A stretch of DNA of 64,000 nt from an uncultured Verrucomicrobiae bacterium (GCA_963707025.1 CAVPOM010000014.1:64001-128000), one strand, 5' to 3'. Counted from the first letter of the stretch, positions 11,420 through 20,387 are shown. Notes: generated by a model from the sequence alone, not told the origin. Made by a program: numbers and translations.

Positions 11420-11902
11420 TCAGGCACAGGAACTTTCATGGCTGGCCTCAAACGGGTCGGCCACCACTGATTCCTGGTCCCCGGAAAACAGGTGGTCCAG
11501 CGTGGATTTCAGTTGGCCGCGCAGATCCCCGGACTTTGCCACGAATCCATCGGCGCCAGCGTCTTTGGCTTGGGACCGGCAGGCCAAAGTGTCCTCCGAA
11601 GTCACCATCACGATCACCGGCGCAGAACCATTTTGCCGGCTGGACCGCTTGATCAATCGGGTTGCCTGGAGTCCGTCCACGAAAGGCATGTCGAAATCCA
11701 TCAGAACCAGGTCTGGCCTGAGATTGGCCACAGCCTGGAGCGCCTGACGTCCATCGGCGGCGGTTCCGGCTACTTCAAAACCACTCTCTTCTATAAGAAC
11801 GGCTAGAAATGCGCGCATGAATTGTGAGTCATCCACCAGCAGCGTGCGAACACGCCGGCGGCTTTGATGGCCTGGCTGTGGGGTCAGATTGGGTGAGTTC
11901 AT
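11420..11902 (-). CDS. Stand-alone response regulator receiver domain
   Basis: 'LLVDDS', 'PDLVLMDFDMP..DGL', 'VMVTS' and 'GADGFVAK'; no output domain. The long upstream part of the listed ORF is a shadow of the neighbouring repeat. Confidence 0.85.
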   Translation of the reverse strand: MNSPNLTPQPGHQSRRRVRTLLVDDSQFMRAFLAVLIEESGFEVAGTAADGRQALQAVANLRPDLVLMDFDMPFVDGLQATRLIKRSSRQNGSAPVIVMVTSEDTLACRSQAKDAGADGFVAKSGDLRGQLKSTLDHLFSGDQESVVADPFEASHESSCA

Positions 11903-11924
11903 GGATGAGCAAGCCGAGCTGTTC

Positions 11925-12887
11925 TTACCGATGCCCGCCCCCGCCACCGTGGAATCCGCCACCGCTTCCACCGCTGTGGAACCCGCCGGCGCTTCCGCCG
12001 CTGTGGAACCCGCCGGCGCTTCCGCCGCTGTGGAACCCGCCGACGCTTCCGCCGCTGTGGAACCCGCCGGCGCTTCCGCCGCTGTGGAACCCGCCGACGC
12101 CTCCGCCGCTGTGGAACCCGCCTCCGCCTCCGCCGCTGTGGAACCCGCCTCCGCCTCCGCCGCTGTGGAACCCGCCGACACCTCCGCCGCTGTGGAACCC
12201 GCCGACACCTCCGCCGCCGTGGAATCCGCCGACACCTCCGCCGCCGTGGAATCCGCCGACACCTCCACGAACCCCACCGTACCCACCATACCAACCTCCC
12301 CAACCGCCGCCGACCACCAGCGGCCAACCATAGTAAGGCGCGCCAGCGTCATAGTAGTCCGGGTACCCGTAATCATAATATGGATAATCCGAACCACCAA
12401 TCACCGTGACGTCAGGAGCCGGCGTCGTGGGCAGCACAATCTGCGCTGACGGTTGGGCCGCCACAGCGTTATCCGGCGCCGCCGTGGCCGCCGGCATTTG
12501 CTGCGGCTGGTATTGCTGCGGCATGGCCTGTTGCTGCTGCATCTGGCCCTCGCGCTGGACCATGGCGTTGATAACCTCCTGCGGGACGCCTAAAGTCTGC
12601 AGATACAGGATTCCATCGGCGCTCAGATGAAATGACTGCGGGGAGTTGTTGATATAACTGAGGATCACATCCGTGCTGATGCCGCCTCGATACAACTTCA
12701 TCACTTCGCTCACGCCATAGGGCAAGGCAGGGGCCTGGGCGGCCCCGGCTGCGGGCGGCTCAGTGGTGCTGTAACTCGCGGTGGAACTGTTTTGGGTGCT
12801 GGCGGCACTCCAGGGAACGCCGAAGCAAACCGCTGCCGCCGTGATAGCGGCCAGCGCCATCGGAAATACTGAGGAACGATTTTTCAT
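11925..12887 (-). CDS. Secreted hypothetical protein: small helical domain, Q/P- and Y-rich linker, Gly/His-rich C-terminal repeats
   Basis: Signal-peptide-like N-terminus with GGAG upstream; domain 'YGVSEVMKLYRGGISTDVILSYI..FHLSADGILYLQTLGVPQEVINAM'; 12 GGFH-containing units. Confidence 0.8.
   Translation of the reverse strand: MKNRSSVFPMALAAITAAAVCFGVPWSAASTQNSSTASYSTTEPPAAGAAQAPALPYGVSEVMKLYRGGISTDVILSYINNSPQSFHLSADGILYLQTLGVPQEVINAMVQREGQMQQQQAMPQQYQPQQMPAATAAPDNAVAAQPSAQIVLPTTPAPDVTVIGGSDYPYYDYGYPDYYDAGAPYYGWPLVVGGGWGGWYGGYGGVRGGVGGFHGGGGVGGFHGGGGVGGFHSGGGVGGFHSGGGGGGFHSGGGGGGFHSGGGVGGFHSGGSAGGFHSGGSVGGFHSGGSAGGFHSGGSAGGFHSGGSGGGFHGGGGGHR
11937..12266 (-). repeat. 27-bp coding tandem repeat, 12 copies (GxxGGFH[S/G]G)
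   Basis: Unit such as ccgccgctgtggaacccgccggcgctt, repeated head-to-tail with no spacers. Confidence 0.95.
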
Positions 12888-13239
12888 TTTTCGACTCCAA
12901 TCCTGGGGGTGTGGCTCATTAGTTGATCATTCTGACCTGGAAACAACGTACGCCGCGGACCTTTGGGCAAGCTCTGCCTGGCCTCGGGCAAGGGGTTGCG
13001 GTGAGATCTCATCCTGCCTTGAAGATGAGTTAATCCGACACGAAGGCGCAATTGGGAGGCTCCCCCAGAAGCCATCCACTCCCTCACGTCGGACATGAAA
13101 TACGTCATACTATTATTGACGACACGCACATTAACGGCGGATGAATTTTAGATTAAAAGAGGCTTCTGCAAAACGCGCGCCCACGATATCAGTTGCCTAA
13201 ATGTCTGTGTTGCAAAAGCGCAAAAGTGCGGGCTGGCGC

Positions 13240-13694
13240 GAATGGCGCTTAGATAAGGAATTCGGGTTCTTCGCTGTTTTCGATGGATTTCTTCCGCCAG
13301 GACAACCGCTGGAAGTAGTGCAGGGTGCGCTCGCGAGCATTGCTCCGTTACAGGCGTTACATCGTTACACCTGTTGCACTACAAGCACTTACGCATTTTA
13401 GAGCCGTTACACCCCCGTTACATGCCGTTACATCTTCGGAGGCGTTAAAACGCCCATGCTTTGCACAGTATTATCGGTAACCCCTTGCAGCGCTGCCGTT
13501 TCCATGTTGACGGCCATGCGGCGCTCGTGCTGTTCGGCCGCCAGTTCAGCCCTCACCTCACCTCCATGCCCTCGCCCACCATCACGGCCAGGACCATCAG
13601 CGGCTCGAAGGTGTGGCTCGCCCTTTTGGTTATTTCCGAGCACTCATAGAACACGTTGATTTGCAATGCTTTACGCCTTATCTAAGCGCCATTC
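13240..13694. mobile_element. Putative non-autonomous element (MITE-like), 455 bp, with perfect 19-bp terminal inverted repeats
   Basis: GAATGGCGCTTAGATAAGG (13240-13258) and its exact reverse complement CCTTATCTAAGCGCCATTC (13676-13694). The flanking 11-mers cgggctggcgc and cggtgtgacgc match at 8/11. No transposase ORF inside. Confidence 0.6.
13346..13432 (+). repeat. Six CGTTACA direct repeats in two clusters of three
   Basis: Copies start at 13346, 13355, 13363, 13405, 13416 and 13426. Confidence 0.9.
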
Positions 13695-13765
13695 CGGTGT
13701 GACGCTTGCCTTGACACTTGCCTGGTTACGTAACTGTTCAGGTCTCAAGGGCCGTCAGTGGTGCT

Positions 13766-13876
13766 CCCTTCCCTCCCTCATCCCCTTATCCCCTTATCCC
13801 CTTATCCCTTTATCCCATTGTCCCTTTATCCCATTGTCCCTTTATCCCTTTTATGCCCTCATCCCTATTGTCCCTT
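13766..13876. repeat. Pyrimidine-rich octamer tandem array (TCCCCTTA / TCCCTTTA / TCCCATTG)
   Basis: About 12 consecutive 8-9 nt units, each with a CCC(C) run. Confidence 0.9.
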
Positions 13877-14177
13877 CATTCCTGCCGACGGCCCATGAGA
13901 CCTAAACAGTTACTCAATTCTCTCGGACACTCGCACTCCTGGGCGACAAGTTGTGCAGGCTCCCGCAGCAGATGTTGTCTTCAAAGGATAGCCAGTGCTT
14001 GCGCCCGGTAAAATCCCAACCCACTGCCGCCGCTTGGACGTGTTTGTCCGGGCTGTCCAAGCGTTGGGTTGTAGTCATGAAGCCAACTCTCGCACAAAGC
14101 GGGCCGGAGGGATATAGCCTCAAAGGGTGAGATGAGGCAGATTTTGAGGCTACTCCAAGGAAGGCCGGGATGGCTGG

Positions 14178-14834
14178 CTAGAGCTTGGCAATGCCTGCCT
14201 TGATGGCGTAATGGACCAGGTCGGCCTGCTTGTGGATGTTCAATTTGGCCATCACTTGGCTGCGGTGGGCGTGGACGGTGTTGACGGACAGGTTGAGCAG
14301 GGCGGCGATTTCCTTGTTGCTGAGCCCTTCGGCGATGAGTTGCAGCACGATCCTCTCATGGGGGGTGAGCGCAACGCCAGCCTCACCACGCTTGCGCAAC
14401 CCCTTTTTCCCCAACAGCTTCTCCTCAACGAGGAAATGGGCGATCGCCGGACAGAGATAGATGCGTCCGGCGTGGACTTGAGTCACGGCGTCCACCACGT
14501 TTCGTGTCGCCGTCTCCTTGGTCAGGAATCCCCGCGCCCCGGCCGACAATGACTCCTCCACCATTGGTTTCGTGTCGTGCAGGCTCAGCATGATGATCTT
14601 GGCGCTCGGAAACCTCCTGAGCAGTTCTCTGGTGGCTGCGATCCCATTCAATCTGGGCATGGTAATATCCAGGATGAATACATCGGGCGGTTTGGTCCGC
14701 GCCATCTCCAGGACTTCCATGCCGTCGGAAGCCTCGCCGACGATGACGATGTTCTTTCCGCTCCGTTCAATGGCCAGGCGCAGCCCGTCCCGGACCACCG
14801 GATGATCATCGGCGATGAGGACGCGGATGCTCAT
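14178..14834 (-). CDS. NarL/LuxR-family DNA-binding response regulator
   Basis: 'RVLIADDHPVVRDGL', 'ILDITMP' and LuxR HTH 'LTPHERIVLQLIAEGLSNKEIAALLNLSVNTVHAHR'; ATGA overlap with the kinase stop codon. Confidence 0.93.
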   Translation of the reverse strand: MSIRVLIADDHPVVRDGLRLAIERSGKNIVIVGEASDGMEVLEMARTKPPDVFILDITMPRLNGIAATRELLRRFPSAKIIMLSLHDTKPMVEESLSAGARGFLTKETATRNVVDAVTQVHAGRIYLCPAIAHFLVEEKLLGKKGLRKRGEAGVALTPHERIVLQLIAEGLSNKEIAALLNLSVNTVHAHRSQVMAKLNIHKQADLVHYAIKAGIAKL

Positions 14835-17245
14835 GCGCGGCGGCCTTTCTGCCGCCGCGAGTGTCGGACGGCGGAACCGAGGTTCTTGCGGCGCCGCTTG
14901 GTCCGCCACAGTTTTGGCGACAGCGGCAGCGGAGCAGCGGCAAGTGCGGTCGCAATGGGCAGGCTCAGGCGCACCGTGGTTCCCTTGCCTCGCGCGGAGT
15001 CAACGGTGAAAGCGCCTCCGGCGGAAGCGGCCATTCCCCGCATGACGCGGAGGCCCAACTGTGTCGTGGCCCGCGTCCTTTGTGCAGCCAGATCGAATCC
15101 CTTTCCATTATCACGAATATTCAGAATGATTTCTTTTCTCGAGGACCTGAGGTCCACACTCACTTGCTTGGCGTGACCATGCGTGATGGCATTGGTCAGC
15201 GCCTCCTGTGCAGCCCGGAACAGGATCGTGGCGGCCTGTGCCGACACCCGGTTTCCCCTCAGCGTCTCACTGAAACGAATTCGAATGCCCTTTTGCTTTG
15301 TAATCTGAGAGAAATGTTGCCGCAGCGCAGCGCGCAGCCCAAGGGTATCCAGTTCGGGCGGTCGAAGTTCAACAGCCAGCCTTTTCATGCGGGACACCGA
15401 CTTGTCGAACAGCTTCCGGGTGCGCTTCATCCACCGGATCGCTTTCCCGGGGTTCCCGGAGCGCAGGTCGCTTTCGATCGCGTCAAGGTAGGCGGAAATC
15501 CCCACCGCCAGCGAACCCACATCGTGGTGCAATGCTGAGGACACCTGCCTCTTCTGCTCCTCTCGCGCCGCGACGATTTCTTGCGAGAGCATCTGCATCC
15601 TCCTCTCCGCCTGCTTCAGCTCGGTGATATCCTCGAACACCCCGATGAAGTGTTGTTTCTTCGGGCAATATGCGGAGACGTAAAACCACTTGTTCGATTT
15701 GGCGGAGTAAAGTTCAAACCGCTCCGGTTGGCCGGTCATGGCCACCCGGCCATACCTCTTAAACATTTCTGGATCCATCTCGCAGCGGCCCGGCACGACT
15801 TCGGAAGCCTTGCGTCCGGTGACATGCCTTAGCCCGGTCAATTTTTCGAAGGCTTGATTTACCTCAAGGTAAATGTAGTCCTGCGGCTGCCCGTCGTGGA
15901 ACAGCATCCGGCAATAGGCAAAACCTTCCATCATGTTCTCGAAGAGCGAGCGGTAGCGCAGTTCGCTTTCCTTGAGCGCCTCCTCCGCCCGTTGACGATC
16001 ACTGAGATCCCGAATAATCGCGGAAGCCCCCACAATTTTCCCCGAGGCATCCCGCACCGGTGAAATGGTGAGCGAAACTGGCAGCGGCGTTCCGTCCTTC
16101 TTGAGCCGGGTGGTCTCACAGTGCTGGATGTGCTCCCCTCTCCGCAGCTTTTCCAAAATGGCAGTTTCCTCTGCCTTGCGGTTTTCAGGGAAGAGCAGGG
16201 TAATGTTTTGGCCGATGACTTCTTTGGCACGATAGCCAAAGCAGCGCTCGGCTGTCCGATTCCAAGTGCGGATTCTCCCGTCGAGGCCTCTGCTGATAAT
16301 CGCATCTCCGGAAGACTCGACAATGGCCGCCAACTGCTGGAGTTTCACCTCGGCCTGCTTGCGCTCGGTAACATCTTGAGCAGTCCCGATGAGGCCCGTC
16401 AACTGGCCCGCCTCATCGCGCAGCGGGCGGCCGATCTCCTTGATGAATTTCACCTCGCCGCCCGGGGTCGCGATGCGGTATTCGATGTCGAACGGTTTTC
16501 CGTCTGCGCGAGCTTGCTCTCCGACCTGCAACACACGGGACCGATCCTCGGGGTGGACACAGGCTACAAAGGCTTCATGCGTGCCGCTGAACTCCGACTT
16601 GGTCAAACCAAAGATACGGTAGAGTTCGTTGGACCAGGTTATTTCGTTGGTGCGAGTGTCGAGGCGCCAACTCCCCATTCTCGCCACCCGCTGCGCCTCT
16701 TCCAGGTCAGTTTCCTTCTTGAGCAACGCCTGCTCCATCTGCTTGCGCTCCGTGATGTCCTCGGTCAGACCGGCAATGCGATAGAGTTGGCCACGCTTAT
16801 CCCACACCGAATAGCCCCGGGCCAGAATCCAACGAATCGCCCCGTCGGGACGCACAATCCGGTATTCGCGAGTGAACCGTTCCCCGCGGTCACGCGCCAC
16901 TTCCGCCTCAATCCGGGGCCGGTCCTCGGGATGGATTGCCTCCAGCCAGCTCCTCGGATTGCGCAAGAGACTCTCACAACTGCGACCGAAGATATGTTCA
17001 TAACTGGGGCTGAGGTAAAACACCTGCCGCTGGTCCGCCGACGCCAGCCAGAACACCTGGTGGATGTTCTCCGTCAGTTCTCGGAGAAGCGCTTCCTGCC
17101 CCCATAGATCCTGCTCCAACTTCGCCCTCGCAACAGTTTGCCCCTGCGGGTTTTCGGCGTCCGCGGTCCGCGCTTCCCTTCGCTGCCGGTCTGGTGATCC
17201 CGGCCCTTCAACATGCGCCTGCGCTTCCGCTTTGGATTTATTCAT
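14831..17245 (-). CDS. Cytoplasmic multi-PAS sensor histidine kinase (NarX/UhpB-type HisKA_3)
   Basis: Four PAS/PAC units ('IHPEDR', 'DITERKQ', 'DVTERKQAE'), H-box 'SALHHDVG', 'ELRPPELDTLGL', 'QEALTNAITH', 'DNGKGF' and 'GKGTTV'; no TM segment. Confidence 0.92.
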   Translation of the reverse strand: MNKSKAEAQAHVEGPGSPDRQRREARTADAENPQGQTVARAKLEQDLWGQEALLRELTENIHQVFWLASADQRQVFYLSPSYEHIFGRSCESLLRNPRSWLEAIHPEDRPRIEAEVARDRGERFTREYRIVRPDGAIRWILARGYSVWDKRGQLYRIAGLTEDITERKQMEQALLKKETDLEEAQRVARMGSWRLDTRTNEITWSNELYRIFGLTKSEFSGTHEAFVACVHPEDRSRVLQVGEQARADGKPFDIEYRIATPGGEVKFIKEIGRPLRDEAGQLTGLIGTAQDVTERKQAEVKLQQLAAIVESSGDAIISRGLDGRIRTWNRTAERCFGYRAKEVIGQNITLLFPENRKAEETAILEKLRRGEHIQHCETTRLKKDGTPLPVSLTISPVRDASGKIVGASAIIRDLSDRQRAEEALKESELRYRSLFENMMEGFAYCRMLFHDGQPQDYIYLEVNQAFEKLTGLRHVTGRKASEVVPGRCEMDPEMFKRYGRVAMTGQPERFELYSAKSNKWFYVSAYCPKKQHFIGVFEDITELKQAERRMQMLSQEIVAAREEQKRQVSSALHHDVGSLAVGISAYLDAIESDLRSGNPGKAIRWMKRTRKLFDKSVSRMKRLAVELRPPELDTLGLRAALRQHFSQITKQKGIRIRFSETLRGNRVSAQAATILFRAAQEALTNAITHGHAKQVSVDLRSSRKEIILNIRDNGKGFDLAAQRTRATTQLGLRVMRGMAASAGGAFTVDSARGKGTTVRLSLPIATALAAAPLPLSPKLWRTKRRRKNLGSAVRHSRRQKGRRA

Positions 17246-17492
17246 CAGCAACCCCGCCTCGATCCTAACATGAAAAGCCCTTATTCTCAAGATTAATCGA
17301 ATCAAACTCGGAACAACGGCGCGGGACAGAGTTTTTCAAAGGCAGGGGTGTTGCGCTGCGCCGCCCGGGATCCCGATTCCGAATCGGGACGCCGTCCCTA
17401 CCCAAGAAAATGAGGAATCTTGTCCTGCTCCCTCGGAAAAATCCCTCCCATTTATCATTTTGCATTTGTCATTTTTCATTTATCCTGACGCG

Positions 17493-18317
17493 GTGTCCTG
17501 GCACGATGCCCGAACTTACTTTTTGATCGCCGTCATCATCTACGGCTGCAGCACCGTGTACTCCATTTTCCTGTGGCGCAAGGGCTTCCGGCGCCACGAC
17601 CATGTCAATTACATCCTGTTGCTGGCCGGGATTCTCTTCCACACCCGCGCCATGATGATGCGCGGGCTGAGCCTGCAACGCTGCCCCGTCAACAACCTCT
17701 ACGAAGCCATGACCTTCGTCGCCTGGACCATTGCGGCGGCTTACCTGGTCTTCGGCCTGTTTCCCCGGCTGCGCCACTTCGGCGCCTTTGTCGCGCCCAT
17801 CGTTTTCGGCATCGGCGTCTTCGCCCTGATGCCGCCCCTGGATGCTCCCTACGTGGACAAGCCGCAATTCAGCGGCGGCTTGCTCAGCCTGCACGCCGCC
17901 CTGTCCCTGCTTTCCTACGGCGCCTTCGGCTTGAGTTCCGTGGCGGCCCTGATGTATCTGACCTTGGAACACGACCTGAAATTCCACAAACTGCGGGCGC
18001 TGCTGGCGCTGTTGCCGCCCATTGACCGCCTGGAAAAAATCACCAGCCGCCTGCTCTGGGCCGGCTTCATCCTGCTCACCGCCGGTCTGGCCTTCATCCC
18101 ATTCCTCCTCAAGGAACACCCGGAAGCCAACCTGGCCTTCGACCCCAAAGTGCCCTGGTCGGCCTTGGTTTGGCTGCTCTATTTGGGCTTGATTGTCCTG
18201 CACAGCCGCTTTGCCCAGACCGGGCGCCGCTTCGCTTGGGGCGCCATCGGCGCCTTCACCTTTGTCCTATTGACCTTCTGGGGCGTGAACCTGTTATCGC
18301 CCACTCATAAATTTTAA
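17493..18317 (+). CDS. ccsA: Cytochrome c assembly protein (CcsA/HemX-like)
   Basis: Polytopic; 'PVNNLYEA', 'LHAALSLLSYGAF' and 'DPKVPWSALVWLLY'; lies directly upstream of hemA. GTG start inferred. Confidence 0.75.
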   Translation: MSWHDARTYFLIAVIIYGCSTVYSIFLWRKGFRRHDHVNYILLLAGILFHTRAMMMRGLSLQRCPVNNLYEAMTFVAWTIAAAYLVFGLFPRLRHFGAFVAPIVFGIGVFALMPPLDAPYVDKPQFSGGLLSLHAALSLLSYGAFGLSSVAALMYLTLEHDLKFHKLRALLALLPPIDRLEKITSRLLWAGFILLTAGLAFIPFLLKEHPEANLAFDPKVPWSALVWLLYLGLIVLHSRFAQTGRRFAWGAIGAFTFVLLTFWGVNLLSPTHKF

Positions 18318-18355
18318 ATTTCACTATTCATAATTCACTATTCACAATTCAAAAA

Positions 18356-19411
18356 ATGCCCTTCATCGTTTTCGGATTAAGCCATCGCTCCTCGCCCGTC
18401 ACCGTGCGGGAGCGGTTTGCCTTTTCCGACGCCGCGCTGCCGCAAGCCCTGGAAAAATTGCGCCGCGACGCGGCGGCCGCCGAAGCGGTCATCCTCTCCA
18501 CCTGCAACCGCGTCGAGATCTACGCCGTGATGGAGCCGCCGGAACAGGAAGCCGCCGCCCTGCTGCGCCGGTTTTTAATGGACTACCACCAGGAGCCGGA
18601 ACCGCTCAGCGACGAAATCTACTGCCACAGCGAGGCCCGCGGCCTGGAACACCTCTTCAAAGTCGCCTGCGGCCTGGATTCCATGGTCCTGGGCGAAACG
18701 GAAATCCTCGGCCAGTTGAAAAAGGCCTACGACACGGCCCTGCAGCACCGGCACACGGGCGGCCGTTTGAACAAGATTTTCCAAAAGGCCTTCAACGTCG
18801 CCAAACAAATCCGCACGGAAACCAACATCCAGCGCGGCAGCGTTTCCGTCGGCTCGGTGGCGGTGGAATTGGCCGAAAAGATTTTCACTTCCCTGCGCGA
18901 CCACCCCGTCTTGATCATCGGCGCGGGGGAGACCAGCGAAAAGACGGCGCGCGCCCTGCTCAGCCGCGGCGCGCACAGCATCCTGGTTTCCAACCGTTCC
19001 CACGAACGGGCGGCGGCGCTGGCCGAAGCCTTGGGCGGGCGGGCCATCCATTTTGAGGACTGGCCGGCGGAGTTTGCCGGCATAGACATTGTCATCAGCA
19101 GCACCGCCGCGCCGCACTACATCCTGCACCGCGCCAAGCTGGAACCGTTGATGAAGGCGCGCAAAAACCGGCCGTTGCTTTTGATTGACATCGCCGTGCC
19201 CCGGGACATTGACCCGGAGATCAAGTTCCTGGAAAATGTTTATCTTTACAACATTGATGACCTGCAGGAAATCGCCGGCGATTACCTCCGGCAACGCCAG
19301 GACGAAATCGCCCGTTGCGAAGCCGTCATCCGGGACAAGGCGCGGGCGCTGCTCCTCCCGGCCCCCGCCCGGTTTTTGGCCGGTTCCAAACTGGCCGCCG
19401 CCAACCACTAA
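18356..19411 (+). CDS. hemA: Glutamyl-tRNA reductase
   Basis: 'ILSTCNRVEIY', 'GLDSMVLGETEILGQ', 'IGAGE' and 'DIAVPRDID'. Confidence 0.96.
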   Translation: MPFIVFGLSHRSSPVTVRERFAFSDAALPQALEKLRRDAAAAEAVILSTCNRVEIYAVMEPPEQEAAALLRRFLMDYHQEPEPLSDEIYCHSEARGLEHLFKVACGLDSMVLGETEILGQLKKAYDTALQHRHTGGRLNKIFQKAFNVAKQIRTETNIQRGSVSVGSVAVELAEKIFTSLRDHPVLIIGAGETSEKTARALLSRGAHSILVSNRSHERAAALAEALGGRAIHFEDWPAEFAGIDIVISSTAAPHYILHRAKLEPLMKARKNRPLLLIDIAVPRDIDPEIKFLENVYLYNIDDLQEIAGDYLRQRQDEIARCEAVIRDKARALLLPAPARFLAGSKLAAANH

Positions 19412-19423
19412 TCGCCACCTCCC

Positions 19424-20387
19424 ATGCCGCCCATTCTCATTGCCACGCGGGGCAGCGCCCTGGCCCTGGCCCAGGCCGGCGCGGTGCTGGCCCAATGCCG
19501 GAAAAAATTCCCCCGGCTTGCCTTCGAGCTGAAAATCATCAAGACCACGGGCGACCGGTTGCAGACCGCCCGTCCCGCCGCCGCAGCCGCCCTGGCCGCG
19601 CGCGCCCTTTTCACAAAGGAACTGGAGGCCGCCTTGCTCCAGGACCGGGCCGATGTGGCCGTCCACAGCTTGAAAGACCTGCCCACCGAGTTGCCGGAGG
19701 GCTTGCAACTGGCCGCCGTGGCCGGGAGGCGCGCCGACGTGCGCGACGTTCTAGTCTATCGTATTGACAACGGTTCTCGTCCCGCGGATGAGGCTCTCCG
19801 ATTTCCCCCCCGGCCTGACGGTCGCGACCGGCAGCGCGCGCCGCCAGACCCAGCTTTTGGCCCTGCGCCCGGATTTCCTGACCGTGCCGATCCGCGGCAA
19901 TGTCCCGACCCGTTTGCAGAAACTGCTGGAACAGCCCAGCATGGACGGCACCCTTCTGGCCGCCGCCGGTCTGGATCGGCTGGGCATCCGCCTGGCCCCG
20001 ATGGGTCTGCTGCGCGGCGGCGGCGTGCCCGGGGATCTGGCCGCTTACCTTTTCGAGCCGCACCTCATGCTGCCCTGTGTGGGCCAGGGCGCGATTGGCC
20101 TGGAAATTCGGGAAAAGGACCGGCGCATGGCGGAGATTTGCCGCGAACTCAATCACCATGACACCTTTCAATGTGTGGCCGCCGAACGCGCCTTTCTCCA
20201 TGCCATGGGCGGCGGCTGTCAAACACCCATTGGCGCTTATGCCTGCGTCACCGGCGGTCAGATTCATTTGCGCGCGGTGGCGCACTTGACCCAGCATGTC
20301 CAGCGCGCCGAAGGAAAAAGCGGCCTGACCGGCGCGGTTGCCTTGGGCCGGGAAGTTGCCGGCCAACTGCGGCGGGCGGTTTCATAA
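19424..20387 (+). CDS. hemC: Hydroxymethylbilane synthase; frameshift near 19775
   Basis: 'IATRGSALALAQ', 'TTGD', 'FTKELE' and 'VHSLKDLPT' in the first frame; 'TGSARR', 'RGNVPTR', 'GQGAIG' and 'GGGCQTPIG' in the second. Confidence 0.9.

Noticed and set aside
11937..12266. 27-bp repeats as a CRISPR array
   Set aside because: The units are contiguous with no unique spacers, keep a reading frame, and no cas genes are present.
11824..12449. Alternative-frame repeat ORFs (AVEPAGASA, PPLWNPP, RRRVPQR, STAAEA)
   Set aside because: They are shadows of the GGFH repeat; only the 11925-12887 frame has a signal peptide, an RBS and a globular domain.
13896..14170. Possible ncRNA or small ORF downstream of the NarL gene
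   Set aside because: Only a modest hairpin (gcttggac...gtccaagc) is present, with no recognisable family or coding signal.
11102..17450. Prophage or integrative element
   Set aside because: No integrase, structural genes, tRNA target or flanking direct repeats were seen.
18356..19411. hemA as a truncated pseudogene (351 aa, short C-terminus)
   Set aside because: All catalytic motifs are intact, hemC follows 12 bp later, and short HemA forms are known.
19424..20387. Programmed frameshifting in hemC
   Set aside because: There is no slippery heptamer at the junction, and similar single indels occur throughout the window.
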